64,000 bases of DNA, from positions 7,952,907-8,016,906 of the forward strand of contig CAVNZM010000001.1 in assembly GCA_963693365.1 (NCBI GenBank), given 5' to 3'. Positions 1 through 13,738 of this stretch are shown in pieces; position 1 is the first letter of the stretch; each line of letters opens with the position of its first letter. Under the pieces are notes generated by a model. That model worked only from the letters and a program-made list of their open reading frames with translations. It had not been told where the DNA came from and did not search any database. Source of the stretch: Amoebidium appalachense (lineage: Eukaryota > Protista > Ichthyosporea). Made by a program: the position numbers and the translations under genes.

Positions 1-382
1 TTGGACGATTTAAGGCCCGTGAGACATATGAGCGTGGCCCGAATCGCGCCCGCGGCTGTTGTTAGGGGGATAGTTTTACCGCGTACCAACATGCCGATAC
101 CGATCGAGGGGGCGAGGGTGTGCACAGAGTGCGGGCTGGTCGGGAACCCGAACTGTGCGTGCAGGTCGGGAATGCATTGGTATGGCACCGTGTAGGTGGT
201 GCAATACGTACTTTGTTGTAATAGTGCGTTGTTTGGGATGTTTGTTTGTTTGTTTTCTTATATGTGTGTGTGTGTGTGTGTGTGTGTGGTTAGGTAGGTG
301 ATGTTGGGGTGGGTGGGTGGGTGGGTTGTTGTTGTTTTTTTTTTTTGTTTTTGTATTTTTTGGGTGGTGGTGGTGGTTGGGT

Positions 383-431
<49 letters not shown>

Positions 432-619
432 GCCAAGGAGGCTTAGTGCTTTATATGTGGTTACGTCAGAACCTCTCTGGGCATAGGCTAGAGTTTTTCC
501 TTGCATTGTGTGAATCGACCGATTTTTCTTACTCGTCCGGAGATCATTCTTGGCAAAGCTCCTGGTTTTCTCTTTTCGTAATACCTCTTCTCTTTTTGGT
601 TACCCCCGGAGGGGAAGGA

Positions 620-657
<38 letters not shown>

Positions 658-660
658 CTA

Positions 661-738
<78 letters not shown>

Positions 739-2348
739 CACACAAAACACGGTAGGTGGACTTCTTTACAGTTTTTTTTTTAAATTTGTTTATTTGTTTT
801 TTAACATGTTTTCTGCCTATTAGCATTTTGGGGCTGTCTAGCATTAGCTCAGCATTCACCATTAAGATCTCGGAAGGCTTTCCTTTGATTTTCACACTCG
901 AAACTTAGTAACAGTCTTCCCCTGTATCCGGGGTGGATTTGGTATTTTGACTTTTGAACACAATTAGATTATAATAATGTTAAGTCCGGCAATTTAGTTT
1001 ATTTCGTAGTGGCTTATCCGACGCGTGGACACACACACAACCACACACACACTTTGTTTGTTTGTTTGTGCGCGTGTTCTGCGGATTAGTCTTATGCTAA
1101 TCTGGCATTAGCTTTTATTCACCATAAAGACCTGCAAGGCATTTCCTAGGTTTTCACAACTAGTACTGTATACATTCCAAAATCAAGAGTGCTTTCGCTT
1201 ACAGCCTTTGTTTCCCATTTGCCCTGGTCCTCCGACCTCGAACATACTTCGCAGAATTTGAACATGTACAAATAATTAATTTGGTTCCTTCTAATTAATG
1301 CATTGATTTCATTTCCCTTTGCGATAATAAAAAGTCCATTTTTTTCATGGGCACGCTTATAATCTGACTTTCTTTTTTCCCGTGTATCTTTATTTTTGCC
1401 ATGGACGTCTCTTCTATAATATGCATGATACATGCGCATGCAATCGAAATCCCACGACACCCCGTCTGACTTTTCCTCCCCCCCCCCCCCCCCCCTCCCG
1501 CCCGCCCGCCCGCCCGCCCGCCGCCCTCCCTAGGCTCACCCCACCTGGCTTCTCCTCCTTTTAAAATCAGGTGCACATGCACCTGTCACTTGCTTTTCAT
1601 TTAAGTATCTAGGTACCTCCCTCTACGCTAGTATTAGGCGGGCTGGTGTGAATCGGTACAGGAACTACGTGATCATGATCATAGTCTGTGAACATTTTGT
1701 TGTAACATTCACTCAAGTTACCCCCCCCCCCCCCCCCCCCCGCTTTTGATTACATACGGTATGTGCATGAGTGCTGTTTTCCGGCTGCTTCTCTGACATA
1801 CCAGAAGCTATGTCGCAGCGCTAGCAAAATACCAAATAAAGGCCTATTATGTAGGAAGTCGGCTCACTCCTTGAAGACCAACCTTAAGTCAAACGAAAGC
1901 TTTATTTATGCTTTCTGGGCAATACAACACGTGTTCCAGTCGAAAGGGCTTGACTACGTTTGTTGTGATGCATATGAACCATAATACAAGGATTAAGTAC
2001 TGTCCTAAATTGACTGAGACAAACAACCATTGAATAGTACGCTATCTAGATGATATAGGATTATTTATGTCTTCGACTAGTAGAAGACTTTTCATATTCT
2101 TGCTGTTAAAAAAAAGATCAAACACCTATCCCCTCTTAGATAAATAGTTTCCACACGCCTATTATGGAAACCCCCCATATAGCACTGTTCCCATTAAAAT
2201 CCAAATCCATCATTATAACCACCCAATAGCACACACCCATTATAATCAGCATACCCACACCTATTAGTACCCACACCCACCTACAATACACTTTAAGCAG
2301 AGGTTAGCATCCAATCGCATGCACCCATCAAACCCCTCTGCAATTTAA

Positions 2349-3383
2349 CTAATGTCCCTGGCTGGGCGCGCGCCTGCAGAATTTCTTCTCGAGCAGGCGG
2401 TAGTGGTAGTCCACAATGTCGGCCACAGACTCGAACGAGGCAAAGCTGCCCACGTACCAGGTACGGTACTTGCCCTGCAGGTCGTACAGCTTCCACGGCA
2501 TGCCCTGGCGGATATCCTGAAAATCGGAAAAGGGGGGTTTTTAGTGTTTGTATTCACTGTGTTCAGTGTGAATGTATCGAAAGTATAACGGATTGATGGG
2601 GTGGGTGGGTGCGTGTGTGGGTGTGGGGGAAGAGGAGGAGGGGGGGGGGGGGGGGGGGGGGGGGGTTCAAACCAGGGAAGTGTTGGGATGCTCATGTTTC
2701 GGCTTTCGAGAAGAAGTATGATTGCATTAGGGGGGTCAAGACGGAGTCGCGTTCCGTGTCAAAATATGGAAATGCGTGCCAGTACAACATACCTAGAGGT
2801 GAGATGCACAAAAACACACACTCAAAAAACTGGTATTGGCTAACGGGTGCGGTGCATCGGTACTTAAAAGGGCTAAAAAAAAAATAATAAAAAATAAAAA
2901 CAAAAAAAGGAGGGGGGGGGGGGGGGGGGGTCCACTAACGTCGTTGCTGAATCGCGCAAAGTAATCGGGCGACAGGCGATCGAGAATCTTGATATCCTTG
3001 CCGCCATATGACGTCAGATCATCAATCATCTGCTTGTCGACATCGGCTTCCGTGACCTTATCCCTAAACCTGAACCCGACCTGCTGGCCTGTAACATAAA
3101 TATCAGGCGTCTCGGTGAGATTAGGGTACAGGAGACCAAGTTCGCGGCGAAGATAGTAGACACCGGCCTTGTCCTGGGGAGATTCGCGAAGGAAATTCAC
3201 GTACTGTTGGATGTAGCCTTTAGGCAATCCCGAGGCGGAGACCATGCGCGTGTAGATCTTGCTCGATTTCAGGCGATTGAAAATGTCGGCTTCGTCCGGG
3301 CGTTCGTCAAGGAAATCGAGGGTTTCGGGGAAGCGGGCGGCGAGCATGAGGTAGTCGAAGGTCTCGCGCTTGGTGCCCCCCTG

Positions 3384-3421
<38 letters not shown>

Positions 3422-3760
3422 GTTGGGTTTGGGGGGGGGGGGGGGGGGGGGGGGGGAGGGGGGGGGGAGGATATGATCAACATAAGTGGTCAGTTTCGGG
3501 TACACATCCGCTCGGCAGCAGTCAAGTCCCACCCCACGCCCTTCTGCCACCAGCCATGAATCCAAACATAGTGGGAGGATCATATCCCGAATGTTACGAA
3601 CGTTCTTGCCACCCCCCCTCCCGCGCCCCCCCCACCTTCCTCCCTCTCCTCCTCCACCTACACGTGTGCTCGCGCACACACTGGAAAATTATCTTGACCA
3701 GGAACATGCAACAATCTTGGCATGCGCACAGCACACGTTCCACTGCATACTCACACACAT

Positions 3761-3802
<42 letters not shown>

Positions 3803-4312
3803 GGGGGGTGCTATAGTCCACATAGACCCTCTTGCTCGTACGGCGGATGTTCGTGATCTTCGCGTTGAGAACCACATCCATCCCCCTAGACATGCGGCGA
3901 AACAGCTCCTCGAACCCTTCCAGGATCATCGAGATCGCAGTGTCGGCCTTGTTCTCAATCAACCCCTTGAAAATTGAGGGGGTGCTCCAGATGAACCCGT
4001 AGTATAGGGGGACCTCCTCCAAGAACCCGTAGCCGTTTGCTGATTGGGCGATGGCCAGGAGGGGCACGAGGGCTTCCAGCTTGTTCCGCACAAGGAAATC
4101 CTTGAAGGTGCCGTTGGTGAGGTCGTTGAGCACCTCCTGTGAATGGGCTGGGGTTAAATGATGGTCGGAAAGTGTGTGGGCGGCATTTGGGTTAAAGATT
4201 TTGTCAAAGGTGAGGGGAAGAAAAGGCGCGAAGGGAGAAATCGCATAGAATACAAAGCAAGGCAGAACATTTCTGGCCCCTTCACTTTGTCCTCTAGCTA
4301 TTGGTGGTGTAT

Positions 4313-4348
<36 letters not shown>

Positions 4349-5433
4349 CCAGGGGGGGGGGGGGGGGGGGGAGGGGGAGGGGGGGGGGAGGTGGAGGACA
4401 GGACTTGCCATTGAGTGATGGGAAAAAAGAAGACCTGAAATAGACACGAAAAGGAACAAACACAAACACGAGAATACGAGAAGACCATCACCCTTACCTG
4501 GTTGGGCTTCTCAGGGAACAGATAGTCTCCGTTTCCAAAGTAGCGGAAGTACAAGTCTCTGTAGCGCACCATAGCATCTTCCAGTGCAGCGCGGAAGGAT
4601 GCAGGGTTGGGGCTGGGGTTTCCAACGGCCTGGGCCCAGTTGAGCATCTGCCATGCCTCGGTGGGAATACCCTTTGCACCGGGCATTTGCGGGTCGGTGA
4701 CAAAACCCAGCCCGGGAGTCAAAACACGGGTGAGGAAGAACTCATCGAGGAACTTGAGAATGCACGAGTAGCGACCTTGGGGAGGGGGGGAGAAGGGGAG
4801 GGGGCGATGGGTGGAAGGGGAAGGGGAGGGGGAGAGGAGAAGGAGGGTGGGTGGGGGGCCGGGGGGAGAGGGGGGGGGGGGGGGATAGGGAGGGAGAGGG
4901 CAAGGTATTAGGGTGGAAAGGCTGGGTTTGGAGGTGGAAAAGGGGAGAAGGGGGCGGGAATGTTAGAAATGAGAATTCATGTGCAGGTGTAGACTGGCTG
5001 CAGGTGGCTAGAGCATACTGTAAGACTTGGAAGGGGATGACTAATATTAGTAAACACGAACACCCTGAATCTCTAAAAGGTTTCGTTTTAGTGTGCATCT
5101 CAGGATGTGCGATTTTTACACAAAACACCACCGCGGATGTGTACAACCACCCCCGACCGCGGATGTGTACAACCACCCCCGACTCGGAGAGCTTACACTA
5201 TTGCAGATTGCATGCGCAGACAAGGTCACCAACACTCTTCCTCTCGTGCTTTATGCCAGCTAACCAACACACAGCTCCGCGCACATGCCTGAGAACACAC
5301 ATGCACATACACAACAATTCTATGCACAAACGTCGGATTCCTCATCTCATCGCCCCAATCATCAACTCAACACATCGTCCCACATGCACGCGCATCCACC
5401 CAGACACACACATACGCGGGCGCGCGGGCGCGG

Positions 5434-5467
<34 letters not shown>

Positions 5468-5892
5468 ACACACACACCTGCAGTGTAGCAAGCGCCCATC
5501 TCGTGGGCCACCCCGTTGACCATGTTTGTCTTGGCCAGACCACCGATTCTGTTAGTCTTCTCCAGAATTTTGACATTGCGATAACCCAACTTCCTCAAAA
5601 AGTGGGCCATGCTGATTCCGGCCGGTCCGGCACCCACAATGAGAATCTTGCTCTGTTCGGTAAAGGGTGGCTGGTTTCCTCCCTGGCACTGAGGAACAAT
5701 CGGCAGGTTGTTTTCGCAATGGTTTTGGGGGGGCCAGTTAAGGATTTGGGGGCTGAAAGGTTGCTTCGTAGTGGTGAGAGGAGCGTTCACTGTGCCGGCC
5801 AGAGGACTCACTGTGTCTATAACTGGTGGCATAGCCATGTCTTGGCCCAAAGTCCCTACGGCCAAAAGGCCGAGCGTTGCTAATCTATGCAT
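2349..5892 (-). CDS. Secreted FAD-dependent oxidoreductase, polyenoic fatty acid isomerase / linoleate isomerase (PAI/PFI)-like; 5 exons, ~545 aa
   Basis: Phase-consistent GT-AG exons 5892-5478, 4775-4498, 4136-3801, 3380-2940, 2516-2349. Signal-peptide-like start MHRLATLGLLAVGTLG. Rossmann motif ILIVGAGPAG..ILEKTNRIGG..HEMGA. Segments FKDFLVRNKLEAL..ANGYGFLEEVPLYY and DYFARFSNDDIRQG..LQGKYRTWYVGSFASFESV resemble, from recall, Cutibacterium acnes PAI (FDEFLALNGCEA..AFGYGHFDNVPAAY; YYFPHVSSEDYKAG..MQGRRNTFYAGEIMSF). Confidence 0.85.
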
Positions 5893-7157
5893 GTTGTGCT
5901 TGTTCTAACGACCTCTGTCTATGTGGTGGGGTTAGAAAAACGTTTTAAGGATGAGGGGAAGAATCAGATGCTTCTGAACTGGGGTCTACAGAATCTAACA
6001 CAATCTTGCGTGTGCTGTGTGGTGCTGTTTCAAACCGGCCCCAGGGATGGTCTGAGTGAACAGAGTGAGGGGGCGTGGCTTTAGTTTTCCCGATTTCGGT
6101 GGTTTTATGTGTGCAAGCACAGCAGAACGTTAGGCGGCGTTGGGGCTGGAATGATTGAAAGACGGCAAATTAATAAACAACATGACACCGAGCGAATCAC
6201 GTCAGTTCTTAGTAAGTTAACCAATTATATCATAACCTCTTTTGCTTATTATGGCTATTATCAGGAATGCCATGAAGAGCCTATGTCCATCCATGGAGAC
6301 AGTTGGTGGCTACATGCTGCTCCGAACCACATGCCAAATGCTGTTTCTGATGAACTCTTTTTATTTGTTCGCTGCTCTATCTCTAAACCGCTAATATTTA
6401 TATAAAATACGAAATCTTGTCTGCTTACTGCAAGGCTTCCTGCTACGGTCCAGGCTGTGGCAAAGTGCTCGACGTGGCGACAGTTCGGCCCATTGACAGC
6501 AGATAATTGGCTAACGATTTTAGTGAAAGCGAGGAGTGTAAATCAGGTAGTCAACATTGAAAAAGTAAGCACAAATGTCTCGCAATTATATCAAATCTAT
6601 GCTGTATATTGACATACATTCAACTATTTTATGTGTTTTTCATCTTTTTTTAGTATTAAGATACCGACTGCATACTAAAAAATATCTTTGTTCGATGTGC
6701 TTGGTGAAGCGCGCTTTACCGTTCTCCGCCAAAATTTCTTTACATTCCTGTATTTACTGTTTATTGCCTGTGGAATGCATTGGCACCAGCCCCCCGAAAC
6801 AGGCGGCACGTAACCGTGGCCACGGCAGGTCACCACGGCAGGTCACTGCAGGTCCTGCACTCAGCACTTCAAGCGTGTCTTCTGTTTGTAAAACAGCAGC
6901 GCACTCAAAGGTTTTCTGCTCGAGCTTAAGTTACATGTAGCTAATCATTCGATGGTGTTTGACGGTCTTGCGGGCCACAGCCCGCCAGGTAAAAGCTCGC
7001 CACGTACGCGTCCCGCATGTTTCCTCTTTTAGCTGGAAGAACGCTTCCTCAGGAGCGAGGATAATGGTCTTTGTTGTTGCATATCGTCTCACTGCATTGC
7101 TTAGCGAAATACAAGCACCATGTTGAGCGGAAAAGATAAGCTGATCTATTGTTTTGT

Positions 7158-7521
<364 letters not shown>

Positions 7522-7860
7522 GCCGAGTATTCCAGGGAGAGCCCGTTTTCTTTCCTTAAAAAAAAATGGGGGGGGGGGGGGGGGGGGGGGGGGATGAGGG
7601 AGGGAGGAACCCAAAAATAATATTATTTGAGCTTCTCTTTAGTTTATATGGTTTCATAGAGTAAGAAAACCTTGATACATAACTTCAGAATCTCCCGACA
7701 TCTATGTACCTGACAGTGATAATGCTGATAGAGGGGATACCAGGCAAACTCGGTTTTTTTGCACAACTGGGCCTTTTGGTTGGCTGGCCCGGACGGGGCC
7801 GGGGTTACGTAAGGCGGTGGGGTCGGGGGGGCCCAGGGGCTTACGCGTAAGCATTACGTG

Positions 7861-9818
7861 GGGTTTACACACTTTTTATTGCGTGGACACTGCCGGAGGC
7901 CCAGCCACATTCGACGGCCTACTGCGTTTTCCAGCGCAGCCAATCAAATGCAGCCAGTGACATATGTACATACTCGGCAACAATGAGCGCCATCGTAGTA
8001 TATGACACCCCTATTACATATCATGGGTAAGCAGAGGCTAGCATCGGTAGCTCCGAAAGAAAGTTAAGGCACCGGATCACAATATCATACTGTGCAGCAT
8101 TAATAAGGTGATCTAGGATAGTCATCTTGAAACGGATATATTGAGGAAGAGAGGAAGAAAAGAGAATAAAACCGCCAAAAACCTCCGGTTCTAATACGTT
8201 AGCTAACAGGTTGCACTTGTTGATAGATAATATGCAGCCGCGAGTAAACCGCCCCCCACACATATTACACATACGAGCAGGAGACACCAGAAACCGATTA
8301 CACCGCCAATCCATAATCATCTTTGCGTTTTTACACCACACCACATTACGAATAATAAACGAATCTATGTATGAACGAGACTCTCTAACCGTATCCGCCA
8401 TATAGGCTACTAGTAGTTGGTGTTTTTGCGGTCCTAACACCGGAAGGGACTCAACACGTAGAGTAAAAAGATATCTATCAGCCATAGACTTGAAACTATT
8501 CATATTCACACTATGATCTAGCTGTACCTCGGGGGGGTCGCCAGCCATTCCACAAAACGCTCGGCAATGGGCAGAGACGATAGGGAAGGGAAGAGGTAGA
8601 GGGGCGAGTCCGACGGGGATGCGTGTAGCCGCAAGAGCGGGTGGTCCGGGGCACAAGCGGACAGGCGGGTGATGTCACGGTGCTCGTGAAATTTAAGGGC
8701 TAATTCGTGTACGCGTTGTGATGGTGGTGTGAGTGCGTAGAGAGAATCAAAAAGGCGTCTAGGGATAGGTGTGGAAAGACCAGTGAGAAACGTACAACAA
8801 GTTGTGTAGTGGAAATCATCTATTGATTTGAGGACATTAGTAACAGTATCAGGGGGTGCCATAGCTAGTAAGGGCAACCCGTATTCAGACAAAGGGCGAA
8901 TATATGTGCGAAATATACTAAGACGATTGTATAGGTGGACAGTATGAGAAAGAGTAGCAAGATACACATCCCTAAATAACCGAAGACACCTGCCTGCACT
9001 CTCCACCCGACGGTCGATCATCCGTTTGAAACATATGCCCCATTCGTCCACCGGAATCCCCAAATACTTGTATTCGATTGGGCGAGGGAGGGGACTGCCG
9101 AAAATACAAACGTCGTCCCATGCTGTACAATGCCGGTATCGATTTGGATAAAAGGGCACACTTTTTGACATTAACCTTCATATCGTTGCGCTGGCACCAA
9201 TGTTCAACCACACGAATGTATTGCCGTAGTTCGAGAGGATCGGATGACATAAGCACAATATCGTCGGCAAAAAAGAGGGCGGGGGGAGCCTGGGATGGCA
9301 ACCCCCCGTCAATTTGTGCCGCAGAAAGAGCGTCGGCTAAATTATCAATATACAGGTTGAAAAGAAGAGGGCTTAGCAGGGACCCTTGAAGTACCCCGCG
9401 CGTGCGGGTAAACCCTGGGGATAGCCGCCCATTAACCACCGCTCGTCCGCGTGTAAACGTAAACATAGCTTCCAGTAGCCGACCCATTTGGAATGGGACA
9501 CCGCGAGTGGCCAACTTGGCCCACAGGCGAGGGAGGTCGACCGTGTCGTACGCGTTCTTAAAATCGATAAATACGAGGTGCTCGGTATCACTTTTGAGTT
9601 GCATTACTGTATGTAGAGTGAGGATTTGTGCGGAACATGAGTGTCGATGCCGAAACGCCGCCTGAAGAGGGCTCAGCTGGGAAGCCTGCTTAAGAGTGGG
9701 GTTACGGGAAAAGGCCTGTAAAAGGCTACTTTCGAATAATCGGCGAAAAACGGACGTAAGGGTGATAGGGCGAAATTCGTGAATGGGACCCCGTGCAACC
9801 GTTTTCTTGATGGGAAAC
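7861..9818 (-). mobile_element. Non-LTR (LINE-type) retrotransposon, copy 1, 3' part; frameshifted RT
   Basis: RT motifs FRPITLTS, VFIDFKNAYDTVD, RGVLQGSLLSPLLFNLYID, FADD, YKYLG and a C-terminal Cys cluster CNMCGGRFTRGC. Split over ORFs 8972-9604, 8518-9171 and 8021-8656 by a 10-bp insertion (~9122-9131) and a 1-bp deletion (~8530). The 5' side is cut by the LTR starting at 9819. Confidence 0.9.
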
Positions 9819-10746
9819 TGTTATAATACGTAGTATTTACATATTGTAAGATCTTCTCAGTTTGTGTTATGTTTCAGTTCATATTCTTAGTATAAATGCC
9901 ACACTCCTATTATGTAAAGTGTAGCATCGATCTCCGATATGCTTGTATACTTGTAATCGTGTTGTATCGGCTTTAATCGTGTATTGTAATATCAATTAGA
10001 ATATTTGTATGTGTGTACACGGATCCACCTACTCAGGGAGAGACGTGTACATGTTCGTGTGTACATAAATATCTCTGGTTATAGTTATACTATTACTATC
10101 TTGTTTGTTGATCTGTGCTCTCTTTTCCTTTCTCTTTCTCCTCCCTTATTTTCTTTTCTTTATCTCCTTGTCTTCATGTGTATAATCGTATTTCTTTTCT
10201 ACTAATATATGTTAGGTAGATTTGTGTTACTCAATATGTGTTGATTGGACGGTAACACACTTAGGCTACACTTAGATTGACATGTGTGATTAGACTTCAT
10301 TTTTTTTTTTTTTTGTTTTCATGTGTTGCCGGGCTTTAACCAATCATCAAGGTTAAGTGTGATATGTCTGAGTCTTTGCAGTGTGTCATAGGTTAGAACT
10401 TCCTTGATAATGACACGAGTTGATCTTAACTAGTGTCTGTACCCTATAGTGTACGTCTTCGCGTACCAGATCTCTCTGAAAGCAATTGGTTCTTAATGAT
10501 TGGTTTCTATTAGAGACATCGGATCTGATTTCCGACTGGTCGGAAATCATGTATGGATTAGACTTAAGGGAATTTCAGGTATTTATTCGAAGATCAAAAT
10601 AAATTGAGTGGAGTCGTGTCTAAACATTGATGTCTGTTGTGTACACTGCTCTGATAGTTCCGTGTTTTGTTGTTGTGTGTTTGTGGTGTTTTCACACTGC
10701 ACCACTGTGTCTCTGCTTCCGTCCCAAATACTTATATAATTTTACA
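9819..10746 (+). repeat. 5' LTR of the Copia element (~928 bp)
   Basis: Begins TGTTATAA exactly where the LINE RT frame is cut and ends ...AATTTTACA. AT-rich; directly followed by a Copia-type PBS and then the gag ATG at 10809. Confidence 0.75.
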
Positions 10747-10759
10747 GGTTATGCAGCCC
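10747..10759 (+). promoter_or_regulatory. Primer binding site (Copia tRNA-iMet half-molecule type)
   Basis: GGTTATGCAGCCC immediately after the LTR terminal CA; resembles the GGTTATG(G/A)GCCC PBS of Copia elements, with one extra base. Confidence 0.65.
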
Positions 10760-10961
10760 TTTTGCACGCTCCCTACACACATCTAGACCTAGCGATCGTT
10801 TTTCAATCATGGATCCAAACAAAACTGGTGTAAACAAAATAACCATGTGGAAAGGTGAACGGAAGACTGGTCCCGATAGCAAAACCACCTATTTTCAGTG
10901 GGAAATCATTTTTCTCGGCATGATGACCGGCACTAAAGGTGTCCGACTCGTGGATGTTGTG

Positions 10962-11612
10962 TGTCGTATCCTATTGTGTATGTACTAGAGACGCGGCACT
11001 CTACTAAGTGTACACACACGAAAAGGAACGAACGTGTACGGAAAAACGGTAAAGTTTATTCAGACCAGGCTCCGACGGGCAAAACTTAGATCCGTTCGGA
11101 ATGAGGCTAAGTCCGAGTCACAACTGAGGCCATCAAGGCCGTGCCCTCAAAGTTCATCATCACCTGGCCCCCCTACGATGCCACATTCCAAACATTCCGA
11201 TCTACTTTATCGTGCGCCTGCACGAGCTAAGTCGATCTACTCAAACTAATATATTTATCCATGTCTCACCCCTCACCCTCCCCCTAGTGGCACCGGAGAG
11301 TCTAAATCTACATTTCATACTATCCTCCCCGGGCCCCCCCCCTCCCTCCCCCCTTTCCTCTACATCGACATATATAAATACGTTTGGCAACATACACTAT
11401 CAAACCATGCCAATACTTACAAAAGGGCTTATGCCCGAACAATCACATTCCTAAGTCCTCCTACGATCTATCCTACACACTAATTAGAATTCTATTGGTC
11501 GGCTGCCCCAGCTGACGTGGTCCTGCCCTGCGCCGGCAGAGGCAAGATGCACGCAGCTGTACAGCTATCTTGAGGCCCCGGACTTGATCTTGATGATCTG
11601 TGGACCCGGGCC

Positions 11613-11646
<34 letters not shown>

Positions 11647-11697
11647 ATCTCGATCGTAGACTTAGGCTGATCTGCTGAAACGGATTAGTATATGTCA
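10962..11697. mobile_element. Solo LTR (736 bp) of an unrelated LTR element inserted in Copia gag
   Basis: TG...CA termini (TGTCGTAT...ATATGTCA) flanked by a perfect 5-bp TSD TTGTG (10957-10961 / 11698-11702). Its removal restores the gag reading frame. TATA-like ATATATAAAT near 11370. Confidence 0.85.
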
Positions 11698-13738
11698 TTG
11701 TGCTTGCTGACAACTACGTCCCCCCTACCACCGTCGCGGTTGACGGTGAACTCCCCTTCTACGGCTACGGCACTACCGCGGAACTCAAGGAGGCCCGCAA
11801 TAGCCTCCTGCACCATATGATTCAGAACATCGACCCTTCCGTGCTCACCACCGTTGCCCAGTACCGCATTGGCATGGACCCTGAACGGGCCATGTGGAAA
11901 TTCCGTCAACACTCAGCCTCCAAGGCAAACCCGATCAGATCCGCATCCTTCACCGTCAGTGGGATGCCTGTGCCCTTCAGCCCGGTGAATCATTCACCAC
12001 CTGCCTGAGTCGTCTGCAGACCATCGTGAACCAGCTCCAGTCCCTCCAAGATGAGTCCATTCACTTCACTCGTCTAGCTGAGAAGTTCTTCAATGAACTC
12101 ACCACCAAAGACGACCTCACCCCTGAGTTCAACCGTCTTATCGAAGACTATCACTTCGGTGATAAGCTATTCCCCGACTTCGAGTCCCTGCACAACCACG
12201 TCAAGGGCATCGAGTTACGTCAAGACCTCAAGATGCAACTCCGGAACAACCGTGCCCACCGTCCCTCCAAGTCCAGCATGGCATTAAATACCAGTGCTCC
12301 CCCCCGTGATCTTCCCCGCCGTGACTTACGCAACCGACTTGACCGTACCCCCGGCACGGACCTCCGAACTCGTCTCTCCCGTCAGCACACCCGATCCCGT
12401 TCCCCCCACCGGCCTGCCTTCCGGTCCACGTCTCGTTCCCCCAGTCGTTCCCGTTTCTCGGGTTCCCGTCGTTCTGATTCCCCGGCTCGTTCTAACATCA
12501 CGTCTGTGAATGCATGCTCCTACTGCCACGAGCCTGATCACAAGATCATCGATTGCCCCGAACCGAAATGCCGTATGTCCAGACACAACCGTTCCCGTCA
12601 AGGCAGTGAGAAATCTGTCTCCTTTGCTTTCTCTGCATACAATGCTAGCTCCGTCCCCGTGTCTTCCGACCCTGCCTGGGATTCCGGGTGCAACATGACT
12701 GTCTGCCCCACCCGTGAGTTCTTCCATGATCTCACTCCCCTTCCGACACCGACTCCCGCTGCTGCCTTCAACGGGACCCCCGTCTTGGCCACCCACACCG
12801 GCCATATCGTCATCAACACCACCACCGACCATGGCACTGCCACCCTTACCATTGAGGCCTACTACACCCCGTCTGGCCAAGCCTTCCTCATCTCAACATC
12901 CCAAGCTGCTGCCGAATACATCAAGGGTGATTTGAATGATGCCTCCACTCCGTCATTCCTCTTCAACCGACTCACCGGCCGTCACCTCGTCAACCTCCGT
13001 CTACACAACGGTCTGTATTACTTCAAGGACTACACGATTCAACCACCCACTCGTCCTGTGGCTCTGGCTGCCACTACCAGTGTTAACCCATCCATCTGGC
13101 ACCATCGTCTGGGGCACCGTGCTATGACCAGCATCAAGGACATGGTGAAACACGACCTTGTTATTGGCCTCCCCTCGTCTGTCCTCGACTGTGATGTTCC
13201 TGATTGTCATGGCTGCATTATGGGTAAAACCACCAAGGCTCCGTTCAAGGGTGACCGTCCTCACTCCACCATCCCCGGTCATGAATGGCATTGGGATTTT
13301 TTTGAGCCTACCACAACATCGTACGGAGGTTCCAAGGTTGCTCTCGTCACTGTCTGCCGTGCCTCCGGACTCGTCAAGATCTACCCGATGGCCGACCGTA
13401 CAACCACGGTGACCCTGGACACTATCACAGCTCACACCAACCTCGTTGCTACCCATGCCCCCTCCAAAGTTGGTGCCTACCACTTCGACTCCGGCTCTGA
13501 GTTCACCTCCCAGGCTACCCGTGCTTTTTGCCTCTCCCAGGGCATCAAGGCTAGTTATGCTCCGGTGGACTGCCCTCAACTGAACGGCTATGTTGAACGT
13601 CGTATGCGGTTCCTCCAAGAGATTGTTCGTTGCCTCCTCCATCAAGTCCGAGATCAGTCTCTGTCCCCCAAACTGTGGGCTGAGGCCCTCCAACATGCTG
13701 CCTACATCATCAACGTCACCCCGTCCACGGCTGCCAAT

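Noticed and set aside
1-230. GC-rich stretch at the window start with open frames on both strands
   Set aside because: May be part of an exon, but no motif is recognisable and it is cut by the window edge.
839-1147. Imperfect repeat ATTCACCATTAAGATCTCGGAAGGC / ATTCACCATAAAGACCTGCAAGGC
   Set aside because: Only two short diverged copies, with no termini or TSD to define an element.
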